Shown: positions 1 through 11,972, counted from the first letter of the whole stretch. The stretch is DNA of 62,913 nucleotides, filler included, from Olpidium bornovanus S191 (GCA_017911155.1; 26 parts of 26 records of this genome joined end to end with filler, not necessarily neighbours in it); one strand, 5' to 3'. Notes: generated by a model not told the origin, from the letters alone. Translations and numbers: made by a program.

Positions 1-3
<3 letters not shown>

Positions 4-48
<45 letters not shown>
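4..48. repeat. (GA)n microsatellite
   Basis: Perfect GA dinucleotide run at the start of the window. Confidence 0.95.
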
Positions 49-55
<7 letters not shown>

Positions 56-1212
56 AGGCGGATGGAGGATGTGCGACAACACGGCAAGCGCAGGAAAGGG
101 TCTACTCGGAAGTCGACGCGGCAGCCACACTCGCCACACTGACCCGGTCGCCGCCGCCCGGGCGCGGATTCGGTTTCACTAAGGAAAACCTGCGTCCTGA
201 TTCGTAGAGGAAGGAAAAAGCGCACGTGCGGCGACCGGCGGTCGTCGGGAGCAAAAAATGGATCGGGGCGTGAGCCACAGTGCTTCCCGCCGAACAAGCC
301 CATAACCTTTTATGTTGTGAACCGCATGATGCGCTCTACGGGTCACGCGACCATCAACGGGCTTTTGCCGGGAGGAGGAGCCGGCGTATCCGGCTTCCTC
401 CCCTTCGGCCGCAACAGCAAACGAAGGAAGGGAAGAAGGAAGACGGGGGAAGAAGGAGAGCAAAACCGCAACACTTTAACTACTTTATTGATTTGGTCCG
501 CAACTGAGGCCATTAGACAGTGGAGGAAGACTACAGAGTTTCTTTTATTTATTTATTTTTTTTTTTTTCTTCGACTGCCGCCGGCATGGCCTTGCGGCGA
601 AATTCCAGGGCGACTTCGCAAAAGATGCGCGAAGGCGGGGATGCTCAGACCGCAAAAAGTCCCCGCGCTCAGGGAAGATCGTTTATGATGAATCTGGCAT
701 GAATTTATCATGGGTCGACCAAAGCGGCAGGGCCAAAGGGGTAGAACACACGCCTCTTGCCAGAGAGACTGATGTAAAGAAGCAATGAAAAACTGTTTTT
801 TGCTAGAAAATACCAAAATAACAGGTAACCCTGGCACAAAATAACAGCGGGAATTTTCTTTTGAGTGAACTTCGCTCAAAACGGATGCGCCCAACTTGTA
901 ACGGCGACCGACGAAATCGAGAATAAAGTTTACCAGGCGTAGTTTACCTTTTCCGGCAGCCAGGTAGAAACCGCAAAATACGCAGGGTGACCCGGGCGTT
1001 GTCCACTCACAAGAAAAGTTTTTTCACAATGAAGGTCGCCGCGGTTTCACTGAAGAAATTGCCCGCGGCCCAACCCGACCTCGTGTTCTTTGTTCTTTTT
1101 ACATTCCCAGATAAGGAAAAAAAAAAAGGCCATCGACGTGCTTTTATGTCCACAGCTCCGGGGGAAATTTGGAGGGCCAAACTATATTCTCCGGCGCTTC
1201 TGCGACAGACGG

Positions 1213-2311
1213 CTAAAACGACCCGTTATTGACCTGCAAACGCGCGCGGTGTTGGAGGGGAAGAAGGGAATCGTACGTGATCATTGACTCCAGCGGCCTG
1301 CACGTCCCCTCCGCGAGGATATTTTACCGTGCCACCATCCTCGCGAGCAGGCCCGTGGACGCACCTTTTCTTTCAGCGTGCCGAGGTACTGATAGTAGCT
1401 GAGGTCATCACCAGTTCGGTCCTCGATGAGCAACGAGAGGAACCAGACCCGCAGTGAAGGTTCACCGTCCTCCTTGACCAGATATGTGTACGGGGAGATC
1501 TTCGACCGCATCGATGCTCGGGTGTACGACATGATTAGCTGGGTTGCGACCGACACGTCGGTATCCAGAGAAGGCAGGATGAACTAAATCAACAGGAATT
1601 CATGGACCGACATGGCGTCAGAGAGTGAGGTGCGTGCATGGGAACGCCCGTCGAACTTCGACTGACACAATACCTTTCCCGAACGAAGAGCATCAACGTT
1701 CGGCGCGTCGAACAGGTCTATGCACAGCTGGGGATGGGTGTCTCGGCCGACCCAGAAGAATGAGGTCTCGCCCGTTTCCAATAGATACACGCCGTGGCGC
1801 TCCAGCTTCTCGCTGGAGAGGTTCAGCAGCGGTGGCATGATCAGATTGCCATCTGAAGCAGGGCTGCCTACGTTCGGGGGCAGCCGGTGAAGAGCGTAGA
1901 ACTTGGGGTGGAGATACGCTCTGAGGGCCTCGCTGGGCAGAATGTTAATCAGCGACATCGCGAAACTTCGCAGGTCTGTTGGGATCCTGTTCGAATTTTG
2001 GAATGCGACCTAGTAGGGAAAAAGTACGCTTAGCCAAGACGCACTACCTCATGAAGAATGGCGTTGACGGGCAAGCGGTGAAAAAGATCAGGGAGTCCGC
2101 GAAATTCACGTCGCGCAAGCTCTCACATGTTTTATCATGCCAAGGACAAGGAGTGGCAAATGCTTGATGTTGTCACATAGCGTCGGCTGCGACGTAGCGC
2201 CCGACGACGATGCCGTAAGGTAGGTTTTGTACACTCCGAGGATGTCGACCATCTTGTTTGTTAGGGCGTCACGCGCATCTTCCAGTTTCGTCGTAAGACC
2301 GCGTTCGACGG
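1213..2311 (-). CDS. SEC24: COPII coat protein Sec24, C-terminal part (helical and gelsolin domains), 5' partial; exons 2311-2127, 2009-1674, 1583-1365, 1233-1213
   Basis: Spliced translation AVERGLTTKLEDARDALTNKMVDILGVYK..HLPLLVLGMIKH|VAFQNSNRIPTDLRSFAMSLINILP..YLHPKFYALH..LNLSSEKLERHGVYLLETG..WVGR..SGK|FILPSLD..YLVKEDG..LIEDRTGDDLSYYQYLGTLKEK|VNNGSF*. All junctions are in-frame GT-AG. Confidence 0.93.
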
Positions 2312-2697
2312 CTGCGTTGAAGAGTGTCATAAAACTTTTCGCGGCGCGGTTCTATTACAAACATGNNNNNNNNNNNNNNNNNNNNNNNNNNNNNNNNNNN
2401 NNNNNNNNNTTAATTAATTAANNNNNNNNNNNNNNNNNNNNNNNNNNNNNNNNNNNNNNNNNNNNCCATGGGCTGAGCTCTCGGGGTTGATCACCAGCGC
2501 TGTGTGCCTGGTCCTCACCGCATCTTCGTGAAAGTCGGGCGTGTACCGCAGGCCGCGGCGATCATACCCAGGCGGGAAACCCTCTTCCCTCGCCCCTTTC
2601 TCCCTTTCTCCCCACGTTCGCCGGGCCCCTTCCCCCGTCTCGGCCCTGCGGGCTAAATGATCGGAGGAAAACGGCGGCAGCAGCCTGCCACATACGC

Positions 2698-5600
2698 ATG
2701 GGCATCTTCGGCAGAAACCCCGCTCCTGCCGGCGCGGCGGCCGCCCAGACCCTGGCCGGCGGGGAAGGAAAGCCGAAGGCGACCGCGGCGGCCCTGCCGG
2801 CGGCGGCGTCTCCTCCTCGTCCTCCCCCCCCCACTCGGCCGACCCCGGCGTCCGACGAGAAGGCCGCCCCGCCGGCGGTTCGACCGGCGCCGAAGCGCGG
2901 CGTCAATCTCCCGGCCGGCGAGGCGGAAGCCGCCGCCGGCGGCGGGAATGCGAAGAAGGAACCACCGCCGCCTCCCGCACCGAACCGGGCGCCCGCGGAT
3001 CCGACTCCGCCGGAGCCTGCGCGGCCGCGGCGGAATGATGCTCCGCCGCCGGCGCAGCCTCCCGGGATTGATCCCCAGCGATCGGAGCCGACTCCACAAC
3101 CTCCGAAAGGAGGAGAACATAAGGCACCGGCGCGGCCGCCCCCGCTGAAGAAACCGCCGCCTTCCGAGCCAGCGTTGCTGCCCGGCGAGCGCCAGAGGGG
3201 GCGGCCGGTTTTGAACGACGTCCCTCCGTCCGCCGTGCAGAAGCGTCCTTCGGCAAAATCACCGCCCGGCCACCCGATGCCACCCACAGCAGAGGACCTG
3301 CCGCCGGGACCGTCGCCGGGGAAGCAGACCCTAGCACTGGAGCACACCGGTCCGGCGCCGCATGGGCAATTGAGCGAGACGCCGGCGGCCGAGAACCAGA
3401 AAGAGCCATTGCATCACCTGCCGTCGAAATTGCCCGCACAAAAGAATCCGCCGCCGCCAAACTCGGCGTCGGAGACCGAATCTCAAAGCCGGCAGCGGCC
3501 GTCTGAAAAGGGTTCACCGTCCTCAGGGCCAGCGCATTATTCGGCAGAACCGTCAAAGGATGGTGATATACCGCCCACTCTGAAAAAACCGGCCTCCAGG
3601 TCCTTGCTGGACAACGTACCCCGGTCGATTAATGAACAGAGTACACCACCATCACAACGGTTTTCAAACGCGGCATCTACGGCTGATGAGCAGAAAGAGT
3701 CGTCGCATATCCTTCTGCTGGACAAGGAGCATCAGGCGGCCAAGGAGGAGCCATCGGCCATAAGCGATAAGTCGGTGCCGGCGGAAAGGTTGTTGTTTGG
3801 AACATCGCCTCCCGCACTGAGAGCTCCGCCGGAGCCAAAACCAGTCGATCGACACCCCCGAACGGCCGATGTGCGAGCAGAAAAGAAGCCCGGACCATCG
3901 CGCGATGATGCCAAAGCTCCCTCTAAGGAAAACGTTGCCGAAGCGTCTTCGCCGCGAGGCGCGCGATCGGCGGCGAAGGCCGCGTCGGCGCTGCCCGAGC
4001 GGCAGCAGCCTGCCGTGCGCCCTTCGGAAGCTGCCTTAGCTGCAGACCGAACTTCGGTGAAAGCGGGCGGAGGATCGGGACAGGGGCGCGCACACGGCGC
4101 CGGGGAAAACCCGGAGGGTGCTGCCGCCGCCGCGCGATCCGGGACAGCGCCAAAGCGCGGGAGCGAAGCGGCGCCGAACGACGACGGCGGCCCGGCGTTT
4201 ACCCCGGCCGGGAAGAACGCGACCTCGGCGGACTTTTCCGGGCGGGACGCGGTAAGGACGCCCGCGGGTGCGGCGGGTCGGCCGTCTTCTTCTGCCGGCT
4301 CGCAGCCCTCGGCCGTCGACGGGACGAAAGACGGCGGGATTCCGCTGGTTCCCGGGAACTCTGCGGGCGCCGCGGCCGTGCCGGAATATGTCCAAGCGGC
4401 GGAACGGGACGCAGCACATCCGCTCTCCAATGTTCCCCCCAAGAGAGGCGCGAGATCAGGAGGCGGCACATCTAAAACGAAATCCGCAGGGTCGCGGCGA
4501 TCAGCCACTGCCCAAAGCGGCCGGCGGACGCCGGTAGAGGCTACCGGGGCTCCAAAGGATGCTCCCCCCTCCAAAAGCGCTGCCACCGATGAGGCAGAGA
4601 AATCCTCTTTTCCTGAGATTGATGTCGGACCAGAAGCTGATGATCAAGAGCCGCCTGACGGAAATGCCTCGGTTGCGCAGTGCAAACTAGGGAAAGCCTG
4701 GATCGTCGCTTCTTCGACTCACTACGGCTTGTCGACGGCGCCACCTGCATCGACGGAAAGCCCGGACGTTGTATTCAGTGGTTCTTCGGGCTACCAAGAG
4801 GCCGTCTACTCACAAGGATACTACGGCGACGGTCAGATAGCACCCGAGCAGCAGTGGTCCATAGAGGATTACGACGATGTGGGGCACTCGTACTACCGGC
4901 ATTACGCTGCCGGAAATGCCGTCGACGTAAACGGAGGATATCCGAACGAATTTTTCGCCGGAGAGCCGCAATCCGTCTATGGCGCGGGAGGCTACGGCCC
5001 CGTTAAACAGACCACGTATGACGCCTATGCGTACCAGGCTCCGAGCCCGGCGGCCGCTGAACGTCAGCAGAATCCGGTCCAGCCTGTTGCGAACGGATAT
5101 CTGGCGCAGCACCTGCAGGCGACCGGTCGGCCGCTTGTGATCTCGCTGCCGGTGCCGCTGCTCGGCGTCTATGGTCGCCCGGTTGTGCCGCCGTTTCGCA
5201 AGAAATCCGCCAAGCGGCAGTCCCAGGTGTCCCCCGCAGAAGATTCGGGAAAGGGCGCTACTCGTAATGCCAAGCCTACCAGAGAAACACGCCGCCCCAG
5301 CGTAGCAGGGGTCGGCGCGAAAAGCGGCGTCCAGTTGCGTCCGACAAACCGAGGGAAGGCGGCCGGGCAGGCCCTTCTTCCGCCGAACGACTCTGACGAG
5401 CCACCACGGAATCCGCTTCCTCCAAAGTCGCTAAAGCCGCTGCTGGAACCTAAGGTGCCGCCGGAAACCTCGAAGAAGGCGGACCGGAGGGCGGCCCAGG
5501 TGAACCTGGACCAGCAGGTGTCTAAGCAACGGCGGGCCAACGGAGACTCCGGAGCAATAGCGGCAAAAACCTCGCACCAGGCCCAGGGGGCCGCCCCGCG

Positions 5601-6132
5601 CAAACAATTTGGCAGCAACGCCGAACCGCGGCCGAAGCCGAACGTCCCGCCTGCTCACGAATTATACCCGGCCGCTGCGACGCACAGGCGAGACTTCGTT
5701 GCCCGTGCCGACGCATCGGTGGGCTACCCTGGCCGCCCTCCGCCCGGACGGCAGGCCCTGCAGCAGCGCGATCAGCAGCAGGCCCGCACCAGCGCGGTGC
5801 CGACGTTGCCTGCGATCAACGCCAACAATCCCAAAAACGCCGCGGGCAAGGTTTCGAGGCCCGCGAAAGTCGCTTCCGACCAGACCACGCCGGAGGAGAA
5901 AGCCCGCGGCGGGCGGCGGCTCACCATCGGCAACGACGGGCGACGATTGAAACTGAACACCGTGACCAAGAAGGGTGAACACGAGGCGAGGGGCCGCAGC
6001 GCTAAGAAGTTGCCTGTGCTCGCCCCGACGCCGGCCGGGAGACCGAAGAAGCCGCGGGCGAAGCCCCGAACGCAGGTCGAATACCAAATTAACGAGCAGA
6101 TTCAATATGCAAACCCGGCGTCTCGGTTGTAA
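2698..6132 (+). CDS. Large Pro/Ala/Ser-rich, predicted disordered protein of unknown function (1144-aa exon, probably spliced to the GGGY exon at 6215-6650)
   Basis: 3.4-kb ORF from an ATG with no internal stop and no recognisable domain. A Tyr/Gly-rich block lies at about 4780-5040. A GTAAGT donor at 6129 overlaps the apparent stop codon. Confidence 0.75.
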   Translation: MGIFGRNPAPAGAAAAQTLAGGEGKPKATAAALPAAASPPRPPPPTRPTPASDEKAAPPAVRPAPKRGVNLPAGEAEAAAGGGNAKKEPPPPPAPNRAPADPTPPEPARPRRNDAPPPAQPPGIDPQRSEPTPQPPKGGEHKAPARPPPLKKPPPSEPALLPGERQRGRPVLNDVPPSAVQKRPSAKSPPGHPMPPTAEDLPPGPSPGKQTLALEHTGPAPHGQLSETPAAENQKEPLHHLPSKLPAQKNPPPPNSASETESQSRQRPSEKGSPSSGPAHYSAEPSKDGDIPPTLKKPASRSLLDNVPRSINEQSTPPSQRFSNAASTADEQKESSHILLLDKEHQAAKEEPSAISDKSVPAERLLFGTSPPALRAPPEPKPVDRHPRTADVRAEKKPGPSRDDAKAPSKENVAEASSPRGARSAAKAASALPERQQPAVRPSEAALAADRTSVKAGGGSGQGRAHGAGENPEGAAAAARSGTAPKRGSEAAPNDDGGPAFTPAGKNATSADFSGRDAVRTPAGAAGRPSSSAGSQPSAVDGTKDGGIPLVPGNSAGAAAVPEYVQAAERDAAHPLSNVPPKRGARSGGGTSKTKSAGSRRSATAQSGRRTPVEATGAPKDAPPSKSAATDEAEKSSFPEIDVGPEADDQEPPDGNASVAQCKLGKAWIVASSTHYGLSTAPPASTESPDVVFSGSSGYQEAVYSQGYYGDGQIAPEQQWSIEDYDDVGHSYYRHYAAGNAVDVNGGYPNEFFAGEPQSVYGAGGYGPVKQTTYDAYAYQAPSPAAAERQQNPVQPVANGYLAQHLQATGRPLVISLPVPLLGVYGRPVVPPFRKKSAKRQSQVSPAEDSGKGATRNAKPTRETRRPSVAGVGAKSGVQLRPTNRGKAAGQALLPPNDSDEPPRNPLPPKSLKPLLEPKVPPETSKKADRRAAQVNLDQQVSKQRRANGDSGAIAAKTSHQAQGAAPRKQFGSNAEPRPKPNVPPAHELYPAAATHRRDFVARADASVGYPGRPPPGRQALQQRDQQQARTSAVPTLPAINANNPKNAAGKVSRPAKVASDQTTPEEKARGGRRLTIGNDGRRLKLNTVTKKGEHEARGRSAKKLPVLAPTPAGRPKKPRAKPRTQVEYQINEQIQYANPASRL

Positions 6133-6214
6133 GTCAGGGGTTGCTGAAGTCCGTGCCTGTTGGAGTGGAAGGACTATGATGCTAAAAACCGCCGTTCTGC
6201 TTCTGCACGCGTAG

Positions 6215-6650
6215 AATCGACTACGCCTCACAGCGTCCGGGCAACCTTGAATATGGCCAATTGGAATGGAATGGCGGAGGATATGGCGGCGGTTATGGCG
6301 GCGGATATGGCGGCGGATGTGGCGGCGGATATGGCGGCGGATATGGCGGCGGATATGGCGGCGGATATGGCGGCGGATATGGCGGCGGATATGGCGACGG
6401 CTACGGTGGCGGGTACGGCGACGGCTACGACGGTGGTTACGCTAACGGATACGGTGTCGGGCGACTGCAGACGCCGCCGTACTCGGCGCAAGACGCTCAG
6501 CAGATTCCTCGTCAGTTCTACCATTACCCTCTTCCACGGCAGCCGCTCGCGCCAGCCCAGAATGGATCAAACTACGTAGGAGCCGCAATCAACCCTGCCG
6601 TTCCGGGATTGCGAACGCAGCGATTAGCCCCAACGAGAAACAGGAAGTAA
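6215..6650 (+). CDS. Gly-Gly-Gly-Tyr repeat exon, probable C-terminal exon of the 2698 ORF
   Basis: Intron 6129-6214 (GTAAGT...GCTAAA...pyrimidine-rich...CGTAG) joins in frame: ..ASRL-IDYASQRPGNLEYGQLEWN-GGGYGGGY..RNRK*. The listed ORF has only a TTG start, which fits an internal exon. Confidence 0.6.
6273..6450 (+). repeat. 12-nt coding tandem repeat GGCGGCGGATAT with degenerate flanking copies
   Basis: About ten copies. They read GGGY in one frame and MAAD in another. Confidence 0.95.
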
Positions 6651-7316
6651 TACTTCACCGTAAGTGTTGTCGTATTGATGATAGTATTTGCTGAGGGGCT
6701 ATTCTCGGATACCGGGTTGTCTGATATCGCTGTGGCTCGCACAGTCGCCAGTGCTGATATCCACGCCCGAGACTCCCCGTCGCAAGATACCCGAAAACCG
6801 AAGATTCACGACAGTTCGTAGTACATTTCACGTAATTAATTCACGCCTGATAGAACTCGACGTACAAGCGAGTTTTAAGCCTGCGGGGGTAATAGACAGC
6901 TTCCTGAGAAGTGACCGCGAGCAACGTAGACGAATGTCCCGATCCAAAAGTTTTTTTTTCGGAGTGGCTGTCTTTGCCTGACCAGACAAGTGGAAATCTT
7001 GCACGGCATTTCATTGGAACTAGAAAACGCTTTTGTATTTTCCCCTTTCTCGGGTATCCCTTCAGTTACCGGCGGGCCGTGGTTTTAGAAGGCGTAGTAA
7101 AAGCGCAAATACTGGGCGCGGGCGCGTTCGGTTCGCAAAAGCGCTTTCCAACGGCGTTCGGCGGCGATCGCCTTCGGCCGCAAAGCGGTCACGGCGACTC
7201 CTTCGGGGCACAGGGCGGAGGACTACCGTCAAAGGGTACGGTCACGTGATCCACAAAGCTACGCCTGCACGCGCTGCGGCTGAAGGAAGTTAGCGGGTAC
7301 GCCGAGCTCTGCGGAC

Positions 7317-8128
7317 ATGGCAATCGAAGGACAGATACCGCCCGCCAAGGCAGTCCGCGAGCTGAAGATCAAGACCGGTGTCGTGAAGCGGTATGTGGCA
7401 TCGCGCTGCATCCTCCCAGACAGGGGAGGTTTTGCTTATGTCTCTTTTGGTGGGGAGGAATTAAGCGGCGTCCGCGTTCGCCCTTTTTGCCCGGTCACCG
7501 CCGCGCTCCCAGCACCCTGAAAGAAGACGCTTCGTACGAAAAGGAGCGGGAGCAGCAGCAGAGGCGCGTCGATGCTGCCATAGCCGCTAACGCGGACGAG
7601 TACGACATCAAGAAACAGGTGGGTGTTTTTGTGTCGGTAACTTTGGCACGTCTTACTTCCCAGAGGGACGGGCCCAGGGTCCCGATGGGGCCGCCTTTGA
7701 TTGCCTGGCTGCTTTTTCCCGACGGCGAGTTGGCGTGGGAGGCTTGCACGAGGGACACTTCTGCGGGCCACTTTGTTGCGTTAAATCTACTGTCCCTCAC
7801 AGTTTCCCGTCCTGCGCGTCTCGCCTTGTTCGGCCTTGCTGCCCGTGACCTGACTACGACTGATAGAAGGAGGTGTTGGAGGAGACCATCCGCATGCTGC
7901 CGGACGTCAGGAGAAGACTCGTCGCCGCGTCGAACGAGCTGCTGGAACTTCTGGTATTTAGTTTGCGTCTGAGGTTTGTGCGTTCCGGCACGGGAATCTC
8001 AACTTCTTTTATCCGTGCCGGCTTAGGACAAGGAAGAGGCTTCCCTCAAGGACACAGAAGAGTTCAAGGCGGCGAAAGAGGTGCTCACCGAAGCCCATTC
8101 AGCCATCAAGGCGGCGCAGCGTTGTTAA
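7317..8128 (+). CDS. TBCA: Tubulin-specific chaperone A (Rbl2); 4 exons 7317-7390, 7513-7618, 7867-7953, 8027-8128
   Basis: MAIEGQIPPAKAVRELKIKTGVVKR|TLKEDASYEKE..DEYDIKKQ|KEVLEETIRMLPDVRRRL..|..EEFKAAKEVL..*. The LKIKTGVVKR and DEYDIKKQ..VLEE..M.PD motifs are characteristic, and the introns are in-frame GT-AG. Confidence 0.95.
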
Positions 8129-8826
8129 TTAATTCCCAAACGATCGGGCGGCGGCGTCAAAAATCACGTAGACGGCCGTCCAGATCTCCGTCAACCCGCG
8201 TTGCAAGCGCCAAACCCCCCGGCACATGCCCAGTTTGCCTCAAAGGTCGACACGATCCTTTCTGCATTCCCGCCTCACGGTTTTATGAGACAGCAATTGG
8301 GGGACCAGGCGCTCCCCTCCTTGTGGAATTTTCGGGATTGGCGCAAGTATCCCCCGTCTTTGGAAATGTCCTCTTGACACGCGAACCGGGAGGGACTGCT
8401 CTACGCCTTAGAAAGTGCGAACAGCTACAGAGCCCTCCTTCATGCTCGTCTCTGACAGTCTTGTCGGAAGTAACCACGCTGCCCGCAATCGATCAGCACA
8501 ACTTGCGCTGATCCCCTTTCTTTCTGCTGCCATATGGGACGGAGTGATTGGTGTAATAGTTACATAAGCATATATCTCATGTGTGAGTTGGTAATAGATT
8601 ATTTTTTCCGGGAATATAAGCATTGTAATAGCAAAAAATTGTATAGATTGATGCTGCCGACGTTCGAGGTTGTGGGCCCAATCGTCTTTGCGCAGAATGA
8701 CACGGGGNNNNNNNNNNNNNNNNNNNNNNNNNNNNNNNNNNNNNNNNNNNNTTAATTAATTAANNNNNNNNNNNNNNNNNNNNNNNNNNNNNNNNNNNNN
8801 NNNNNNNCACTTTTGCCACAACATAC

Positions 8827-10263
8827 ATAATGGTCAAAAACCCTCCATCCCCGCAGTATACCTGTGTTGAATGAGCAATCGGCACGCGACATCACGGTAG
8901 TCAGTCAGAAAACAGTCCGTCCACATGGGCACATTGGCCGTGATGGAAATCAAAAGGCCTCCAGTAGCACAAATGGGAAACTACACACCCAGGGCGTCCG
9001 CAGTCACCATGGCGGGTAACATCATTCCAAGGGAAAAGGGAATGAATGGGAGAAAGATTATGCTACCCTGGGCATCCGGATACTTCATGGCTATCAACGC
9101 AAAACAGCTGTACAGCGCGCCGCTAGCACCGAGGCCTCCGACGTGCGGGTCGACGTTAAACCGCGCGCGAAAAACGTGACTGAAAAGCGAAGAACAGATC
9201 CCTGCGGAAAGGTAAGTGGCCAGGAACTGTTCCGTGCCCAAAAGGCGGCAGGCGATTTCTCCAATAGAAGTCAGGGCAAACTGCAAAATATCGAGAACAT
9301 TAGATTCGGCCAATGAAAAGGTACGAACTTTTGACGAGGGTATGGCGCGACGATGGTGAGAATAAATCAGCAGCTTACCATATTGAATCCAAAATGCCAC
9401 ACGTCGCGGTGAGAAAACGTCGATGTCAACAAAGTGATCGGATTCCCGCTCAAGGGTGTGTGGAGGAACATTTTGCACATGAGCGGTTGCAAAGCCGGCA
9501 CCTGCCAGAGCAAAAACACAACGGCGTTTGTAGCCAAGATCCCGTACACCGCCCTCTCGCTCTCCGTGAGCCGGCCCCACCACCCGTGGCCGATCTGCAC
9601 TGCTCGCTCCAACTCATTAGTCGGCGGTGGGCGCCGCGGCAACCTCCGCTCACTGAGATCTCCGCCAAACGTCTGCCAGATGAGCTCCTCCATGTATTTG
9701 TGCAACTGGTCCATCTGGCTGAAGAAACTGTCGGAAGAGGCGGCGAAACGCACGGCTTCGCGCTCTTCGCGCTGCACTCGCACATAGGCGGCGCCGACGT
9801 ACGCCGCCAGGCACGTTGAAGCGGCAAATACCGCGTGCCCGAGCGTCCGCGGCAGGCCAGGGCCGCGAGAAAAATTTTCCTGATGTCTTTTGTATCCGTG
9901 GCCGCTGTGCGGCGCGGGCTGAGTTCGGAGCCGGGAAGGACGGCGCAGGCTCCATACGGCAGAACATGCGACGAAGCCCGCTCCCAGAACGAGCGGCGGC
10001 CGCAATGATACCGACTTGTCGTACAAAAGTCGCATAACAGAGGAGCGGTATAAGAGCGGCGACGACGCGGGCAACGTCCCCGCTTCCAAGAGCTGGGAGC
10101 GAACGCGCAAGCAGGCCAGCGATCGCGACGGCGCGGCGGCGGGTTCTCTGACGGGCGTGCCGAACGCCCGGCAGCAACTCCTGCACAGCAAAGGCGGCAG
10201 CAACATCAGCAGGACGGTGCCAGGAGGTCGCCGTGTTCGCGGTAACGATGACGGCCCCAGCAT
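8827..10263 (-). CDS. PCP1: Mitochondrial rhomboid serine protease (Pcp1/PARL family), 3' partial
   Basis: LLTSTFSHRDVWHFGFNM|FALTSIG..QFLATYLSAG..GGLGASGALY (catalytic GASG)..GILRGWRVFDHY. The N-terminus is Arg/Ser-rich like a mitochondrial targeting sequence. The catalytic-His exon lies beyond the contig end. Confidence 0.92.
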
Positions 10264-10478
10264 CTGTTTTCCACGTTTGCAAGCAACACCGGAATGGCGC
10301 AATACAGCAGTTAACGATTCGCGCAAGCCGGCGTGTGGAAATGAAAAGACGAGCGCACCGGCGGTCTGCCTCTCGTCGTGTTCTACCTAGGCGACCTGCG
10401 AATTCAAGTTGCTGTGCCGTTTAAGGCGAAACTCACGCTCGCACTAGGACGGTTGCGTGGTCGTGTTTCTGGTTTTTT

Positions 10479-10524
<46 letters not shown>

Positions 10525-10926
10525 CCCCCTTCCGCTCGTTAGGCTCTTAAAGACCTTCCGTTTTGCGCGCAGTCGGCCGATGACTCGCCGCAGTGACCAC
10601 ATCACGCCTACGGAGCTTACAAATGTCCTCTACAGACTTTCCACGGCGCCCACCACCGCAATCTGAGACAATATTTCGTCACTTCGTTGCCGGATTTATT
10701 GACGGCATGATGAATCTTCTTGCTACTTTAAGCACAACCCCTCGATGTCGCAGCCCCAGTGCTGGAGAAACACGACCTCGTCGCAACCTTGTAGAAAAGA
10801 CGTACTTTATGATCGCCGCAGCTAGCNNNNNNNNNNNNNNNNNNNNNNNNNNNNNNNNNNNNNNNNNNNNTTAATTAATTAANNNNNNNNNNNNNNNNNN
10901 NNNNNNNNNNNNNNNNNNNNNNNNNN

Positions 10927-11830
10927 GTTCATGAGCTGAGCGCGGTCCGATAGAAACACACACGGTTAATGCGGCCGTTCACGGGAAAATCAGAGACAAA
11001 TCCTTCGTCCGGCGCCCCGATAAGGGCCGCGCGACACCAGCAGATATGAACACGGCAAGTCCGCCCCCTCTCCCCCTCACACCACCCCACCCGTCCCCTC
11101 TTCCCTGGGTGTCTAAAAGATAGTACACGGAACAGCCTACCGTGGTGGCGCAAAGGTCGCAAAGCGTCGGCAGCCAGAACAGGAATACATCGGCGCCGTT
11201 CAACTCCTTCGTTTCCAAGGGCCCCGAACCAACGTCCTTGACGGGAACGTGGTTGTCGATCCCGTCGATGTTGTCGTTATCAAGCTCCGTGGGCAAGATC
11301 GGGCTGATAGGGCCGCCGCCCACGCCGCGGCCGGCGGCCGCACCGGCGGCGCCCGCGGAGACCGGCGAGGCAGGGAGCAGAGTAGGCTTGCGGCCAACCG
11401 GAGAGGTCACCGGTGTTCCCGGGCTTCGCGGGCCAACCAGGGCGGGCTCGGCGACGCCCGACCGCTTGAAACGGAGGTACATCACGTAGAACACGAGCAG
11501 GCAGCAAGTCTCGCCGACGAACCTGTTTCCGCCGTCGGGGAAGAAGTGGGGGCGCGCGTCAGTATTGGGCCCCGTGCCGTCGCCGGCCCCCCCCCCCCCC
11601 CCCCCCCCCCCCCCACCCTCCCCCCACCCCGACGCCCGAAGAAGCAGCGGGGGGAGCCGGACGGACATGTTCAGCGTCTGCCACAGGGGCTGCTCGTAGT
11701 GCTTCCGGTTGAGCGGGTCCGGGTCCTGGCAGTTCTCCACGCAGGCCATGTCCTGCAGCTTGTTGAGCAGCGTGTTGAACGCGCCCGTGATGAGCATGCC
11801 CGCGGCGAGGGCGACGGTCGAGAACTCCAT
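10927..11830 (-). CDS. SLC35F6: SLC35F6-like nucleotide-sugar/DMT transporter, N-terminal part, 3' partial
   Basis: MEFSTVALAAGMLITGAFNTLLNKLQDMACVENC..YEQPLWQTLNM|FVGETCCLLVF..FLFWLPTLCDLCATT|LMN, matching the GM..TG..NT..K.Q, QP..QT..MF.GE and P..CD...T.LMN motifs of this family. Confidence 0.85.
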
Positions 11831-11929
11831 GGCGGCGGCGGGCTGCCGCTCAAACGCCGCAGGCGCCCGGGCCGGGCGGGCAAGGGTTGGGGTTGGGGGA
11901 GGGGGCGGGGTTTGTGTGCAGCGGAAACG

Positions 11930-11972
<43 letters not shown>

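Noticed and set aside
2410-2421. Recurring TTAATTAATTAA as a biological repeat, CRISPR repeat or PacI-type site
   Set aside because: It is always centred in 44+44 Ns, so it is a synthetic six-frame-stop linker.
2698-2720. N-myristoylation of the 1144-aa protein (MGIFGR)
   Set aside because: Gly2 is present, but position 6 is Arg rather than the usual Ser/Thr.
2562-6231. Many long overlapping and antisense ORFs over the 1144-aa gene, and likewise over Mis18, TAF12 and the secreted protein
   Set aside because: They are shadow ORFs, expected in very GC-rich low-complexity coding DNA where stop codons are rare.
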